Origin: a virus
Taxonomy: Duplodnaviria; Heunggongvirae; Uroviricota; Caudoviricetes
Strand: one strand, 5' to 3'
Length of the DNA: 64,000 nt
IMG/VR virus record: IMGVR_UViG_3300031784_000011
Coordinates: 64,001 to 128,000 of that record
Shown piece after piece: positions 30,816 to 41,104 of this stretch. Every line of letters starts with the position of its first letter. The stretch's first letter is position 1. Below the pieces are notes generated by a model. The model searched no databases and was not told where the DNA came from. It saw nothing but the letters and a program-made list of their open reading frames with translations. Both the position numbers and the translations under genes were made by a program.

Positions 30816-31982
30816 TTATTGTTTTCTAATATTAAAATATCCGTTTCCATAAATTGATAATTCACCTGTGTTGTCAATTTCAGATAATCGTAATGTTTTT
30901 TCCATTACACCTTGTTTTCCTCTTTCAACAAAAATGTCAGAATAGATTACTGGTTCATCAATAAATCCTAAGAAATGTTCATTTCTTGTAATAACCTTAT
31001 TGATGACTTCTTCTTTTGTAAATCCTGATGTTGTACCAGTAATTGTAGTGATTCCATCCTCAAAATCTTGATAATACAAATTATCAATTGTGTATGCACT
31101 GTAAGCCACACCATTTGTTACTCCTGTAGTTACACCTGAGTATGTATTTGAACCGTATAATTTTAATTCGCTAATTTTACTTTTACCAATTGCAGCATAT
31201 GTAAATGTGGTATAACCTGTGTTGGTTCCATTATAGTCTAAATCGTTTAGATAATTTTGACTTTGACCCGATATGTTGGTGTATGGTATTGTGAACCCGG
31301 AGAATGTCCCTAATGGGTTAGAGACAGTGGTATTTGAAGGTACTTGTACTTTCTTTTTAGTTTCAAACTGACTCCATGGTGTGTTGATTGAAATTGATAT
31401 GGTTGTTTCGCCGGTGGATGAATATGTTTTTGTTGCGGTAATTCCAGTTGTTGATAGAATACTTGTAGTCCCGTCTCCCCAACTGACAGTAAAATCGATA
31501 AAATGTATTTCAGAAACTTTACTCGTGTCCACCGTATTGTAAACCTGAACTGTGTTACCGGTCTGAGTATAAGAAAAGTTACAAATTTGTTCAACTTGTT
31601 CAAGTTCCCCATCAAAACCAACCATTACACCCATTTCGTCAACGTGTGTTTCTAAAAATATCGGTAACATGTGTTCACCATACGCCTCCCCTTTTGTAAT
31701 ATTGTTCCAACCATATAGTTCTAAAGTTAAATCACAACCAGCGTCTCCGTAAGAGTTGGTTGGTATGGTGGTTCCCGTCCACATGTAGTATCCATTACTA
31801 ACAGTACCACCAGTGACGTTATACACTATAAAACCATCTAAAGGGTCAAGATATTGAGACTCCGACCACGATATTAAACTACCCAAACTATTGTACCAAT
31901 ATGGACCATCGTTTGAATACAATTTAACATTAGGAATATTTTTCCTAAGTATTTCGTATTTTGTTGGTGATTTAATATCCAT
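30816..31982 (-). CDS. Probable virion protein with PKD/Ig-like domain (388 aa)
   Basis: FTVSWGDGTTS...TKTYSSTGETTISISI resembles the PKD WGDG...Y...G motif. Confidence 0.6.
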   Translation of the reverse strand: MDIKSPTKYEILRKNIPNVKLYSNDGPYWYNSLGSLISWSESQYLDPLDGFIVYNVTGGTVSNGYYMWTGTTIPTNSYGDAGCDLTLELYGWNNITKGEAYGEHMLPIFLETHVDEMGVMVGFDGELEQVEQICNFSYTQTGNTVQVYNTVDTSKVSEIHFIDFTVSWGDGTTSILSTTGITATKTYSSTGETTISISINTPWSQFETKKKVQVPSNTTVSNPLGTFSGFTIPYTNISGQSQNYLNDLDYNGTNTGYTTFTYAAIGKSKISELKLYGSNTYSGVTTGVTNGVAYSAYTIDNLYYQDFEDGITTITGTTSGFTKEEVINKVITRNEHFLGFIDEPVIYSDIFVERGKQGVMEKTLRLSEIDNTGELSIYGNGYFNIRKQ

Positions 31983-32815
31983 TATTGTTTTCTTTCATAA
32001 AAATTTATTGGTGCGGTTACTATTCCTTTTCTTGTACCTAATGAACCATTATACGCATAAACTATGTATGAATAATTTGTTCTATCTATAATTACTTTAT
32101 AGTAGACATCTTCTTCTTCAGCATACGGTGTTGTTGCATTTACATTTTTTGATTTATTTACAAAATCAATAACACTTCCGTCTTTTGCATTATAGTACTT
32201 GGCGGTCATATAAAATGTATTTCCCGTAATATTTGTTTCATCAAATGGTGAATCATCCGCAAACCAAAAAAAGTACATATTTTCCGTATTTCTGTAGTTT
32301 GAACCAGTGAAAACAGGGACATAAACAAAATCGTTTAGAGGTAACGTAGCTCCCGACGGTGTGCCTGTATAATATATTCTTTCACCAAGAGGGAGTGATA
32401 AATTCTTTGCAAAAACCAATCTTCTATTCGTTTGATTTGGTGATGCGTCATTATTAGTTTTGTAAAACTCTAATCTGAAAAAACTTTCTGTTGACTGTTT
32501 TAACATTTTAGAATTTTCTTCCATTGTTATTCCAACGTCTTCATAATTTTGTGAGTAATTACCAAAACTATTCAAAAAATAAAAATTATACCATATGTCC
32601 GTTTGGTTAAAAGTATTATCAGTTACCGGTGAAACTTGGTCATATGCGGTATGTATGTATCTTACAGTTTCATAATTTTCAGTTGGGTTGATGATTTCAT
32701 ATAAAATCTCTTGCTCCATCTGCTCAGCATTATCAGTCCAACCCAAATCTGTTTTAAACATTTGGTTTGATGGAATTATAATTGTTTGGTCATTATTTTT
32801 AGCAAGAATTTTCAT
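31982..32815 (-). CDS. Hypothetical, probable virion protein (277 aa)
   Basis: Coupled to both neighbours within the baseplate operon. Confidence 0.7.
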   Translation of the reverse strand: MKILAKNNDQTIIIPSNQMFKTDLGWTDNAEQMEQEILYEIINPTENYETVRYIHTAYDQVSPVTDNTFNQTDIWYNFYFLNSFGNYSQNYEDVGITMEENSKMLKQSTESFFRLEFYKTNNDASPNQTNRRLVFAKNLSLPLGERIYYTGTPSGATLPLNDFVYVPVFTGSNYRNTENMYFFWFADDSPFDETNITGNTFYMTAKYYNAKDGSVIDFVNKSKNVNATTPYAEEEDVYYKVIIDRTNYSYIVYAYNGSLGTRKGIVTAPINFYERKQ

Positions 32816-32816
32816 A

Positions 32817-34577
32817 TTAACATTTAAACTTGTTTACGTTCTTAACTTTATCTTGTTTATTCCTGTAGATATTTTCGTTTCGTAAATAAAAATCAATATC
32901 ACTTTTTACATAATGTATATTATTAATAAAAGGAAAGTTGGTACCGAAACCATCAGGGTCAATAAATCCATGGTCGTATAAATCTCTCCATTTCCATAAC
33001 GCCTCGTCTTCAAAATATTTTGAATTCTGTGGTAATCCGTATACTTGATTTGTTGTTGAAGTTTCAATATATGGTGACAATTGTCTTAGTTTTACTCTAT
33101 GGTGTGGTTGATAATAAAGACCATACATGTTTGTCATTGAACCACCTGAAAAGGTTACAGTTGTACCCGTTTGTCCATAATCAAAAACAAATAAAGGATT
33201 AGAGAATCTGTGATATGATTCACTTATAATTCTTTCTTTTAATTCTGAACGATTGTATTCAACAAAGGCACCATGTAAAACTGTACCAACAGGTAAATCT
33301 ACACCTGTTGTAAAATTATAGGTTGTTGCACTAATCGTTCTCGAGAAACCACTTGTTAATATGGACGTTTCAGTAGTTCCTGTACCATTAAAATGTTCGT
33401 CAACCCATGTATCATGAAAATTGAATTTCCAACCAACTTTAGGTGGGTATTCAAAATAACCGTTTCTATTGGCCAAAATGGTACTTACATAAACTTCAGT
33501 TGGTAAATAACCTAAATTATTAGTTAATCCCGTAAGAACAAATGGTTCTTTGAAATCATAAATTAATGATTCCATCATATTCCTTTCAACCAAAACATCA
33601 GAAACACCAGCACTATTTTCTAAAAGTAATTTTCTTTCGTTTTCCCAAATAGATGACTCAAATCCAATTTTGTCTAATATATAATCTTCCCTTTCTGTTA
33701 GTGTTTTGTGTTTGTGAACGTAATAATTAGATGTGGAACCTGTTATGTCATTTCTGTCAAGACATCGTTTACCAAAAACAACTGTTGAAAGTGTTGAACC
33801 AGAGGGTAATTCGGATTTAGATATTTCTAAAACATATTTTTCAGAATTATATATTGAGTCACCAACACTTATAATTGTGAATGTTTTACCCGTGACATTT
33901 ACCGCGTTATTAAAACTACCTCCGCTTAGTGTAATAAATTCACCCGATAACATTCCGTGTTCTACAGGACTTGTTAACTTGTATGTGTTACCATTGCTTT
34001 CAACCCTAAAAGGTATTCCATCGCCTGATGTAAAACTAAAATAAGTTCCACCACTTAATGAATATTTCATCGGATAAGCACTGTCTTGACCATAAACATA
34101 TGAAAGGTATATGTTCCAATTGTGATATGGTGCTTGTATGGACGATATTGAGGTGTGTTCAGTTTCTCCTGAATAAGCAAAAATGGGACTGTACGTTGTT
34201 AATGATGAAATAGTTTGTATAGTGTTTATTTGTCTTACCACATCTTTTCTTAAAAAAGCAAATTCTTGGTAGGGTATGAAACCTGTAAAATCATTATTAC
34301 CACCGTCACCAACCAAATACAGTCTTTTTAATAATGGATTATATTCAGATGAACCACTATAAAGATTTCTAAAAACCATTTTTAGTTTACCATGAATTTT
34401 ATAGCTATTACTTTCGTTCCTTTCTTTATTAAAGAGCTCCGCGTTACTTAGAATAATTGTTCTGTCACCTTCTCTTAAAAGATTCTCAGTTTCCTCTAAC
34501 CCAACACGAATTGTTTGGTCTTCATTGATTGAACCAAAAAATTTTTTAGATGGTAATATAATCCTTTTTTTATCCAT
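32817..34577 (-). CDS. Hypothetical, probable virion/baseplate protein (586 aa)
   Basis: Coupled (TAATG) to the upstream gene; beta-rich, with a small insert TSPVEHGMLSGEFITLSGG. Confidence 0.7.
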   Translation of the reverse strand: MDKKRIILPSKKFFGSINEDQTIRVGLEETENLLREGDRTIILSNAELFNKERNESNSYKIHGKLKMVFRNLYSGSSEYNPLLKRLYLVGDGGNNDFTGFIPYQEFAFLRKDVVRQINTIQTISSLTTYSPIFAYSGETEHTSISSIQAPYHNWNIYLSYVYGQDSAYPMKYSLSGGTYFSFTSGDGIPFRVESNGNTYKLTSPVEHGMLSGEFITLSGGSFNNAVNVTGKTFTIISVGDSIYNSEKYVLEISKSELPSGSTLSTVVFGKRCLDRNDITGSTSNYYVHKHKTLTEREDYILDKIGFESSIWENERKLLLENSAGVSDVLVERNMMESLIYDFKEPFVLTGLTNNLGYLPTEVYVSTILANRNGYFEYPPKVGWKFNFHDTWVDEHFNGTGTTETSILTSGFSRTISATTYNFTTGVDLPVGTVLHGAFVEYNRSELKERIISESYHRFSNPLFVFDYGQTGTTVTFSGGSMTNMYGLYYQPHHRVKLRQLSPYIETSTTNQVYGLPQNSKYFEDEALWKWRDLYDHGFIDPDGFGTNFPFINNIHYVKSDIDFYLRNENIYRNKQDKVKNVNKFKC

Positions 34578-37500
34578 TATTCTTGAGATGGGAACGCACC
34601 TTTTGGTCCAAATAATTTTATAAATTTATCAACCGCAGTTGCGCCTGGTCTTAATCCAAAATAAAATAAGAATGGTGTTGATAATATTTGTTTATTACCA
34701 GTATAATTTACTTGTGTTGGTTTTAATATAAAATCAACATCATTATTCCACGGTTTTGAAGCCCATCCCCCCACCTCTCCAACTCTAATCCACAAAGTAC
34801 CTGCATCCGGTGATAAAGTGGTTCCTGATGTTATATGTAAAACAGTAAACCCTTCCTCTTGATTGTTGTAGTTTAGATGCACGTCGTTTGTATCTTCAAC
34901 ATCAAACGAACCATCGTTAACATCAGCACCTGCGATTGTGAATGTATCTCCCGAATATGTTTTTGTCATCGGAAATAAAACATAATTATATGTTGAATCA
35001 CCCGTAAACGCATAATTATACGTCATTCCTTGTAATCTCTGAGAAACAACAGTGGCATAATCCCAAGATTGTCCATATCCTTCACCAAAACCTTGTCCGT
35101 CCTTATCCCAATAAAAAAATGGAACAATTTGTGACGATTCTGTTAACCTACCTGGTTCATTTAGACAAACTCTAACCCTATAACCGTCATCGTCTAAAAC
35201 AAAATTTATCGGCATTGGTCCATTCGTTGTTCCGGATTGTGATTTAAATAATTGAACATAATCATCAGGGTCAAGAATTACAGGACTGTATTGACCATAA
35301 TATCTATTTTGTAAATCAAATTCCTCAATACCGGCTTCATTGTTAATTGATATTAATTGTAAAACGTCACCATTTAATATTTCTTTATTAGTGTTAAACG
35401 GGTAGTATGAAGTGTATCCATTATTAGAGAAAAAATCTTTATAATTATAATTGGCGTTTGTGTCAAGTCTGTAATTAATGTAAAGACCCAACATTTCTTT
35501 AAAATTTTGATACGATGTTGAACCTATACTTCTAACAATAGAGCAATTTGGGTCTAATGTTGGGTCTACACAAATTTCTTTAATAAATTCATCTCTTGGA
35601 CCTAAATCCATTATTGTTGTTGGGTGTCTTAGGGTACTGAATTCAGAACCTGATGCTGTTTTTTGGAAAATCGAGCCGTTCCATTTTGTGGACCTGTAAT
35701 AAAATTTTTTTACTGCGTCATTTGATGTTTTTTCTGAAACTTTATAATATAGTAAATTTTGACAGTAATTGGTCCCTCTGACGTTCAAATCTAAAGTTTC
35801 TTCATTGTCCCATCTCACTCTAGCTTTGAAAGGGAACATATAAAGAGAACCCGCTAACCAGTTGTCAAAAAAGGAATAATTAGCAATACCTTCGCAGAAA
35901 ACTTTATTTACCAATTTTCTTCTTGCATATTCTCTGATTAATTTAAATTGTACATCTCTATTGTCTGTATGAGCCGCGGGAATTACTGTGTAAACACCAA
36001 ATCTAAATTCAGAAAAACCACTTCTCGTGTCACATTTTATCGAACAAGGGTTTTTGGACAAGTCATTAGCTGCTGCTTGTCCAACTACCATTAAGTTTAA
36101 ATTATTACAATTTGTACCAGGGTTTGCCGTTGTTCCACTATAATCGGCAGTAGTACCGCTTGCACAGTAACTTATTTTTACAATACCACTATCGTCATAT
36201 ATTGTATTTTGAGATAAACACCCTTCGGGTAAAGATGTGGAATCAAACGAGCTTGTTGTTGAACCGGTTATCGGGTAATTTGAATCGTATATTTCGTAAG
36301 TGAATCCCGACCAAACATAATCTTTTGGGATTGTTGGGTCGTTCCATTGTAACCACGAATTTGCGGACGCTAAATCTCTACCTAAAACACCTGTTGTTGA
36401 ACCACAAGTATAGTTTCTGTAAAGAAAAGTATAACTATTTCCTGTTGTTAATCCACTTAATGCTGTAATATCGGCCGTTTGTGCACCTGAATGAGCTAGA
36501 TAAGAAGTAACCCTTATGTAATAATTTCTATTAGGATTTACTATTATATTGTTTATAATTGTTGATAATGATTGTCCATACGTGTAACCCGTATAATAAT
36601 AAGATGTTAAACCACTTGAGGGTGATTCACTTAAAAAATATTCTCTTTCAGTTGGGTCATAGTCACATATAAAAATATCTGTCACCGTGGAATCACAGGT
36701 TCCTGTTACCACGGGTACACCATCTCCACCAGCGTAGGACATAGAACCATCTCTAGCGCAAACACCTGTAACTGATGACCCACTAAATGGTATTGATTGG
36801 GATTGAATTGAGTTATTAGTACAATCTCTCCAAGTATAGGTGGTTGTGCCAGTAGTTGGTGGTGGTAAAGTGTATGTTGTACAATTAACCAAAAAAGTAA
36901 GTTTGTCTCGAACCGCGGTACCACTAGCGACTTTTTGATATATGTTAGAAGGGTCGGTGTCAGTCGACGAATCTTCCGTAAAAACTTGAATTTCATCACA
37001 AGATTCACATTCGGGATATATTGTTAAACTTAATCTTACTGTTCCCAATGCTTGTAATGGTTCAATAATTGATTCATCCCACCCGTCAAAAGGTGCCCAA
37101 TAAAAAGTCCATCCTAAAATATTCCAAGGACCAATTCTAACTTTTTCATAAATTAATTGAAATGGAGCAATGATAATTTGAACAGCACCAACAAAGGCGG
37201 TATATATGACTCTTTCGAACGCATTAATAATAATCGCCAAAAGAATTGCAAAACTAAACTTTCTCCACGCATAATTTATTGGTGGGGTGACAACACTTGA
37301 TTCGCAATCTTCTTCCGCTTTTGGTGCAATATCTTTTATACCTAAAAAGTTGTCTTTACCACCTTTAAAATGCCCACCCATGTAAGATGTTACAGTGTAG
37401 ACTTTGTTATATGTAAATCTATAGAAATAATCCTCAGGATAATAACTTCCATAAGTCTGATTGAATATTACTGATGAACTTGTGGCTGAAGTTGGGTAGT

Positions 37501-38701
37501 CGTCCCAATTTAATGAAAACGCATATGAACCATCAACGTCGGAATTGTACTCCCTAATGTTTGGTATCAAATAACTAGCAACATATCTAACCCTACCTAA
37601 AGTTTCATTTTTACCTGATATTCTGAATCTATAACAAGCCGATGTTGGTATTCCTTTGTTAGGGTCATTTGTTGTTTCATTTTCACCAAATTCATTTGTG
37701 TACACAAAATCCATGTTCATGGGTAATGGGACCACAAATGAACCATCGTCCTCGATATCTTCTTGTATTTCGTATCTCTCAAGTATTGGTCGACCACTAC
37801 TGTCTTTATTTGGTGTAAACCTTATTATTTCAATAACAGCATCAAATGTGGTTAAATCACATTTTCGACCCATCTCACCTCTTGGTCTACAATTTTTATT
37901 TATTGTATTTTTACCTTTATCCGAATATATTGAACCTAATAGATACGCTTTTGGCTCTACTTTAACCCCTTTACTTGATAAATCAAAATCAGTTCTGGTT
38001 AATCCAATTTCACATAAATCTTCGTTACCCCAAAAAGGATAAACTTCTATAGTTTGATTAAAAGAAACTATTTGAGGTAAAGTGTCTAAATCATTTGACG
38101 CTTTGTACGAATATGTATTTTTGAATTTGTCAACACCTAAACCTTGTCTAATAAAATCGTCAGGTCTAAGTGAAAAACACCCAATATCAGATAAATCTAC
38201 ATCAACATGAATTGTTTGTGTCCCTACAGGAACACCCCAAATCATGAAGTCACCAGCATCGTTTGTTTTTACAGTGTATTTGTAATATTTTTCATAAACC
38301 TCAAGAACCTCTTCTCTCGTTAAAATATCTTTTTGGTCAGGGAATGTACCGGTTGGTTCGTGTCCACCGTGTTGTTTTCGACTTGGTAAAAGATTATATC
38401 TATATCCTTCATCATTTTTACTATCTACCGTGGTAAATGGATATAACTCAGAAATTACGGGGTCGTTTGAATCTTCTTCGGATATTGGAATGAAAATAGA
38501 AACTCTAGCATTTGGAACACCGAATCCATTGTTTACAAAGATTCTTCCACAAACAACACCATAGTCCGCACACATTGAGGAGTATACCTCCGTCTGTGTG
38601 AATTTAAGGGATAATATTTCCAATAAGTCAAAGTCGTTTTTTAATTCGACAACAACTTTTTGGTCTTTACCTATATTTGTGGAAATTCTGTGTTTCTGCA
38701 T
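34577..38701 (-). CDS. 1374-aa probable baseplate-associated protein with N-terminal carboxypeptidase-regulatory/Ig-like domain and one Cys module
   Basis: VVCGRIFVNNGFGVPNARVSI...TVKTNDAGDFMIWGVPVG is transthyretin/CarboxypepD_reg-like. Directly follows the gp6-like gene. Confidence 0.65.
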   Translation of the reverse strand: MQKHRISTNIGKDQKVVVELKNDFDLLEILSLKFTQTEVYSSMCADYGVVCGRIFVNNGFGVPNARVSIFIPISEEDSNDPVISELYPFTTVDSKNDEGYRYNLLPSRKQHGGHEPTGTFPDQKDILTREEVLEVYEKYYKYTVKTNDAGDFMIWGVPVGTQTIHVDVDLSDIGCFSLRPDDFIRQGLGVDKFKNTYSYKASNDLDTLPQIVSFNQTIEVYPFWGNEDLCEIGLTRTDFDLSSKGVKVEPKAYLLGSIYSDKGKNTINKNCRPRGEMGRKCDLTTFDAVIEIIRFTPNKDSSGRPILERYEIQEDIEDDGSFVVPLPMNMDFVYTNEFGENETTNDPNKGIPTSACYRFRISGKNETLGRVRYVASYLIPNIREYNSDVDGSYAFSLNWDDYPTSATSSSVIFNQTYGSYYPEDYFYRFTYNKVYTVTSYMGGHFKGGKDNFLGIKDIAPKAEEDCESSVVTPPINYAWRKFSFAILLAIIINAFERVIYTAFVGAVQIIIAPFQLIYEKVRIGPWNILGWTFYWAPFDGWDESIIEPLQALGTVRLSLTIYPECESCDEIQVFTEDSSTDTDPSNIYQKVASGTAVRDKLTFLVNCTTYTLPPPTTGTTTYTWRDCTNNSIQSQSIPFSGSSVTGVCARDGSMSYAGGDGVPVVTGTCDSTVTDIFICDYDPTEREYFLSESPSSGLTSYYYTGYTYGQSLSTIINNIIVNPNRNYYIRVTSYLAHSGAQTADITALSGLTTGNSYTFLYRNYTCGSTTGVLGRDLASANSWLQWNDPTIPKDYVWSGFTYEIYDSNYPITGSTTSSFDSTSLPEGCLSQNTIYDDSGIVKISYCASGTTADYSGTTANPGTNCNNLNLMVVGQAAANDLSKNPCSIKCDTRSGFSEFRFGVYTVIPAAHTDNRDVQFKLIREYARRKLVNKVFCEGIANYSFFDNWLAGSLYMFPFKARVRWDNEETLDLNVRGTNYCQNLLYYKVSEKTSNDAVKKFYYRSTKWNGSIFQKTASGSEFSTLRHPTTIMDLGPRDEFIKEICVDPTLDPNCSIVRSIGSTSYQNFKEMLGLYINYRLDTNANYNYKDFFSNNGYTSYYPFNTNKEILNGDVLQLISINNEAGIEEFDLQNRYYGQYSPVILDPDDYVQLFKSQSGTTNGPMPINFVLDDDGYRVRVCLNEPGRLTESSQIVPFFYWDKDGQGFGEGYGQSWDYATVVSQRLQGMTYNYAFTGDSTYNYVLFPMTKTYSGDTFTIAGADVNDGSFDVEDTNDVHLNYNNQEEGFTVLHITSGTTLSPDAGTLWIRVGEVGGWASKPWNNDVDFILKPTQVNYTGNKQILSTPFLFYFGLRPGATAVDKFIKLFGPKGAFPSQE

Positions 38702-38707
38702 TATTCT

Positions 38708-38714
38708 ATAAATA
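38708..38714 (-). promoter_or_regulatory. TATTTAT putative late-promoter motif
   Basis: 6 nt upstream of ATG 38701; second copy at 38738-38744. Confidence 0.55.
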
Positions 38715-38753
38715 GAAAATTATGGATTTCCAGAAAAATAAATAAAAATTAAA

Positions 38754-40586
38754 TTAGAATGTAGTCGTTCCTAATGTTTTTACTCTAACTTTTATATCTT
38801 TCTGAGGAAATCTTATTTGATATATTTGGTTAGATTTCATATAGATAGTCATATCGGATTGAGCAATTTCTTTTGTGGTTGGGTCAATATATGATTGTAA
38901 CACTTCAGAAGATGAATATTCTCCACCTACGTTATTGAAAACTCTTATATCGACAGCGTTTACCACTCCATTTACTTCACCTATTGTTTTATATAAATCA
39001 CCAACAAATAATGGGTCACCCATTTTTCTTTTTTCAATTGAAAAATAACTAACAGTATCCTCGATAATAGTTTTAACAATCTCTGTTTGGTTACCATTTT
39101 TATCAATAACAACGTCAATCTCTAGTGTGAAATCAACCACTTCACCGCTTTGAACTTCTAAAAAGTCATTAACCATTCGGTACTCGGCTAAGTAAGATAA
39201 AATGTTGTTTTTTAATGTGTTTGAAACAGTATCAATAAGATTACCATTCTCATCATATGACAATAATTTAATTTTTATTTTATTGTCTTCTTCCATCACG
39301 TTTACCTTAGCGGGAGCCCCATATGTTGATGGCATTGTCTCAATTAAAGATTTATAATCATTAAGAGTTACCGCCCTATTTTGTGCAGAGAAGTTATATG
39401 CTATCATGTTTCTAACTTCTTCAATTGTGGGTTGGTCCGCACCTCCAACAGCTGGTGTTACGTTGGTTACGGTTAAAGAATTTTGTACTTGAGTGTTCGT
39501 TGATGAGTTAGGTCCATTAATAGAAAATTCAACATTATCTACACTTGTAATAATATCAATACCGAGATTACTATCCTTACCTCCTCCAATTCTATATTTT
39601 ATGAATAACGTTGTATTTGATTTCGGTAAAGCACCTAATGATAGGTTATTCAAATACGTTCCAAGACTTACTCTTAAAGTACCTTGGTTATAGTTGTCCA
39701 AATTATCCAATGGATTAACATTACCAGAACCAAATGTTACCGAAAAATAATTTTCGGGAGTATATTCTGTAATAAATTTATTTGTAACTGGAACGTATGT
39801 TCCCGATATGAAATTATCACTATCAGATGCCGATGTTGGGTCGGGCACAAATACTTTATCTTGTATTAATGATTTTACTTCGTACCATTTATTTTCAGAA
39901 CTTAAAAATTCAGAGTTAGTTGGATTATTTACAAAGTTTGTTCCCTCTTTATGAATTACTCCACTCACCCCTAATATGTTTTGTTCAGGTAAGAATATTT
40001 TTAAGAAAGGTTTTTGGTCAACTTCTGTTATAACTTTTCTATATATTCTTGTTACACCATTTACAACAGCTTCTCTTTTTACAATTGAGTATGATATGAG
40101 TCTATTATTACCATCAAAATTTGGGATTTTTAATCTGTTTGGTTCACCTCTTTTATTGAAGGGATTTGAGAAATCAATATCGTCGATGGTTTCAAAAACT
40201 TGTCCCCCACCCGATACTTGTGCACCTGATTTTATAGTCCCCAAATAACGCTCATCTTCTTTATCTCCTCTAACAGGTACTTGTATTGTAAAATCACACA
40301 AAGAAACCGATGGTCTATTACCTGGTATTCTCATACCATATGTTTTGGCAATATGATACAATGATTGTCTTTGTTGTGCAAAATCTAGCATTGTCTCTTG
40401 CCAAACCCTATCAATGTGAAAATGTAAATTGTCTGTCACAGCGGCATTTAAATCCAATAAAACAGAATAAATTGATGCGTCATTTGTATTCTTAATCAAA
40501 TCGGGATAATATTCCCTTGTGAGATTAACTAGTTCCTGTCTTAAACTCGCAAAGTCTCTGACGGCGTATGATATTTTTTTAGCCAT
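38754..40586 (-). CDS. Baseplate wedge protein, T4 gp6 / baseplate J-like
   Basis: RDFASLRQEL, ETMLDFAQQRQSLYHIAKTYG, YRIGGGKDSN, AVGGADQPTIEEVR and AQNRAVTLNDY are gp6/BppJ motifs; follows gp25. Confidence 0.85.
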   Translation of the reverse strand: MAKKISYAVRDFASLRQELVNLTREYYPDLIKNTNDASIYSVLLDLNAAVTDNLHFHIDRVWQETMLDFAQQRQSLYHIAKTYGMRIPGNRPSVSLCDFTIQVPVRGDKEDERYLGTIKSGAQVSGGGQVFETIDDIDFSNPFNKRGEPNRLKIPNFDGNNRLISYSIVKREAVVNGVTRIYRKVITEVDQKPFLKIFLPEQNILGVSGVIHKEGTNFVNNPTNSEFLSSENKWYEVKSLIQDKVFVPDPTSASDSDNFISGTYVPVTNKFITEYTPENYFSVTFGSGNVNPLDNLDNYNQGTLRVSLGTYLNNLSLGALPKSNTTLFIKYRIGGGKDSNLGIDIITSVDNVEFSINGPNSSTNTQVQNSLTVTNVTPAVGGADQPTIEEVRNMIAYNFSAQNRAVTLNDYKSLIETMPSTYGAPAKVNVMEEDNKIKIKLLSYDENGNLIDTVSNTLKNNILSYLAEYRMVNDFLEVQSGEVVDFTLEIDVVIDKNGNQTEIVKTIIEDTVSYFSIEKRKMGDPLFVGDLYKTIGEVNGVVNAVDIRVFNNVGGEYSSSEVLQSYIDPTTKEIAQSDMTIYMKSNQIYQIRFPQKDIKVRVKTLGTTTF

Positions 40587-40587
40587 A

Positions 40588-41040
40588 TTATATGTTAATA
40601 ATTATAAAATCGGACGAAACAAAAGGTTCGTTATTTATGTCATAGTCAATTCGAACTTTTGCGGTATATGGTTTGGTTGAATAATCAGAAACTCTAAACA
40701 ATCTTGAGTCCTCATCTTCTTGTGGGCTCATAGATTCTTCAGGGTCTTGGTCAGCGGGTGTAACTCTAATTGATTTTATTTCTAAATTAGGTATGTATAA
40801 TTTCACCGCAGTTCTTATTTCATCTTCTATCTGACCCCATGTTACAGCGTCATTTGGTTCAAAAATAAATTCATATAATCTAGTCCCAAAATCAGGTAAA
40901 TAATATCTTGAACCCTTTCTTGTTAATAACAAGTGAATCAAGTTTGCACGAATCTCTCTCTCAGGGGTTTCGGTCATAACCAAAAAATCACCCTTAGGAC
41001 TAATTCTGAATGGAAAATCTATACCATATGTAATCGCCAT
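40588..41040 (-). CDS. Baseplate wedge subunit, gp25/GPW-like
   Basis: IRANLIHLLLTRKGSRYYLPDFGTRLYEFIFEP is the gp25 signature. Confidence 0.9.
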   Translation of the reverse strand: MAITYGIDFPFRISPKGDFLVMTETPEREIRANLIHLLLTRKGSRYYLPDFGTRLYEFIFEPNDAVTWGQIEDEIRTAVKLYIPNLEIKSIRVTPADQDPEESMSPQEDEDSRLFRVSDYSTKPYTAKVRIDYDINNEPFVSSDFIIINI

Positions 41041-41044
41041 ACTA

Positions 41045-41051
41045 ATAAATA
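41045..41051 (-). promoter_or_regulatory. TATTTAT putative late-promoter motif
   Basis: 4 nt upstream of ATG 41040, just downstream of the nrdA terminator. Confidence 0.55.
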
Positions 41052-41076
41052 TAACTAAAGAACAAATACTAATAAA

Positions 41077-41104
41077 TAAAAAAATCCCAACCGAAGTTGG
41101 GATT
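41077..41104 (-). terminator. Intrinsic terminator after nrdA
   Basis: AATCCCAAC-TTCG-GTTGGGATT (9-bp stem, cUUCGg loop) followed by a T tract. Confidence 0.85.
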
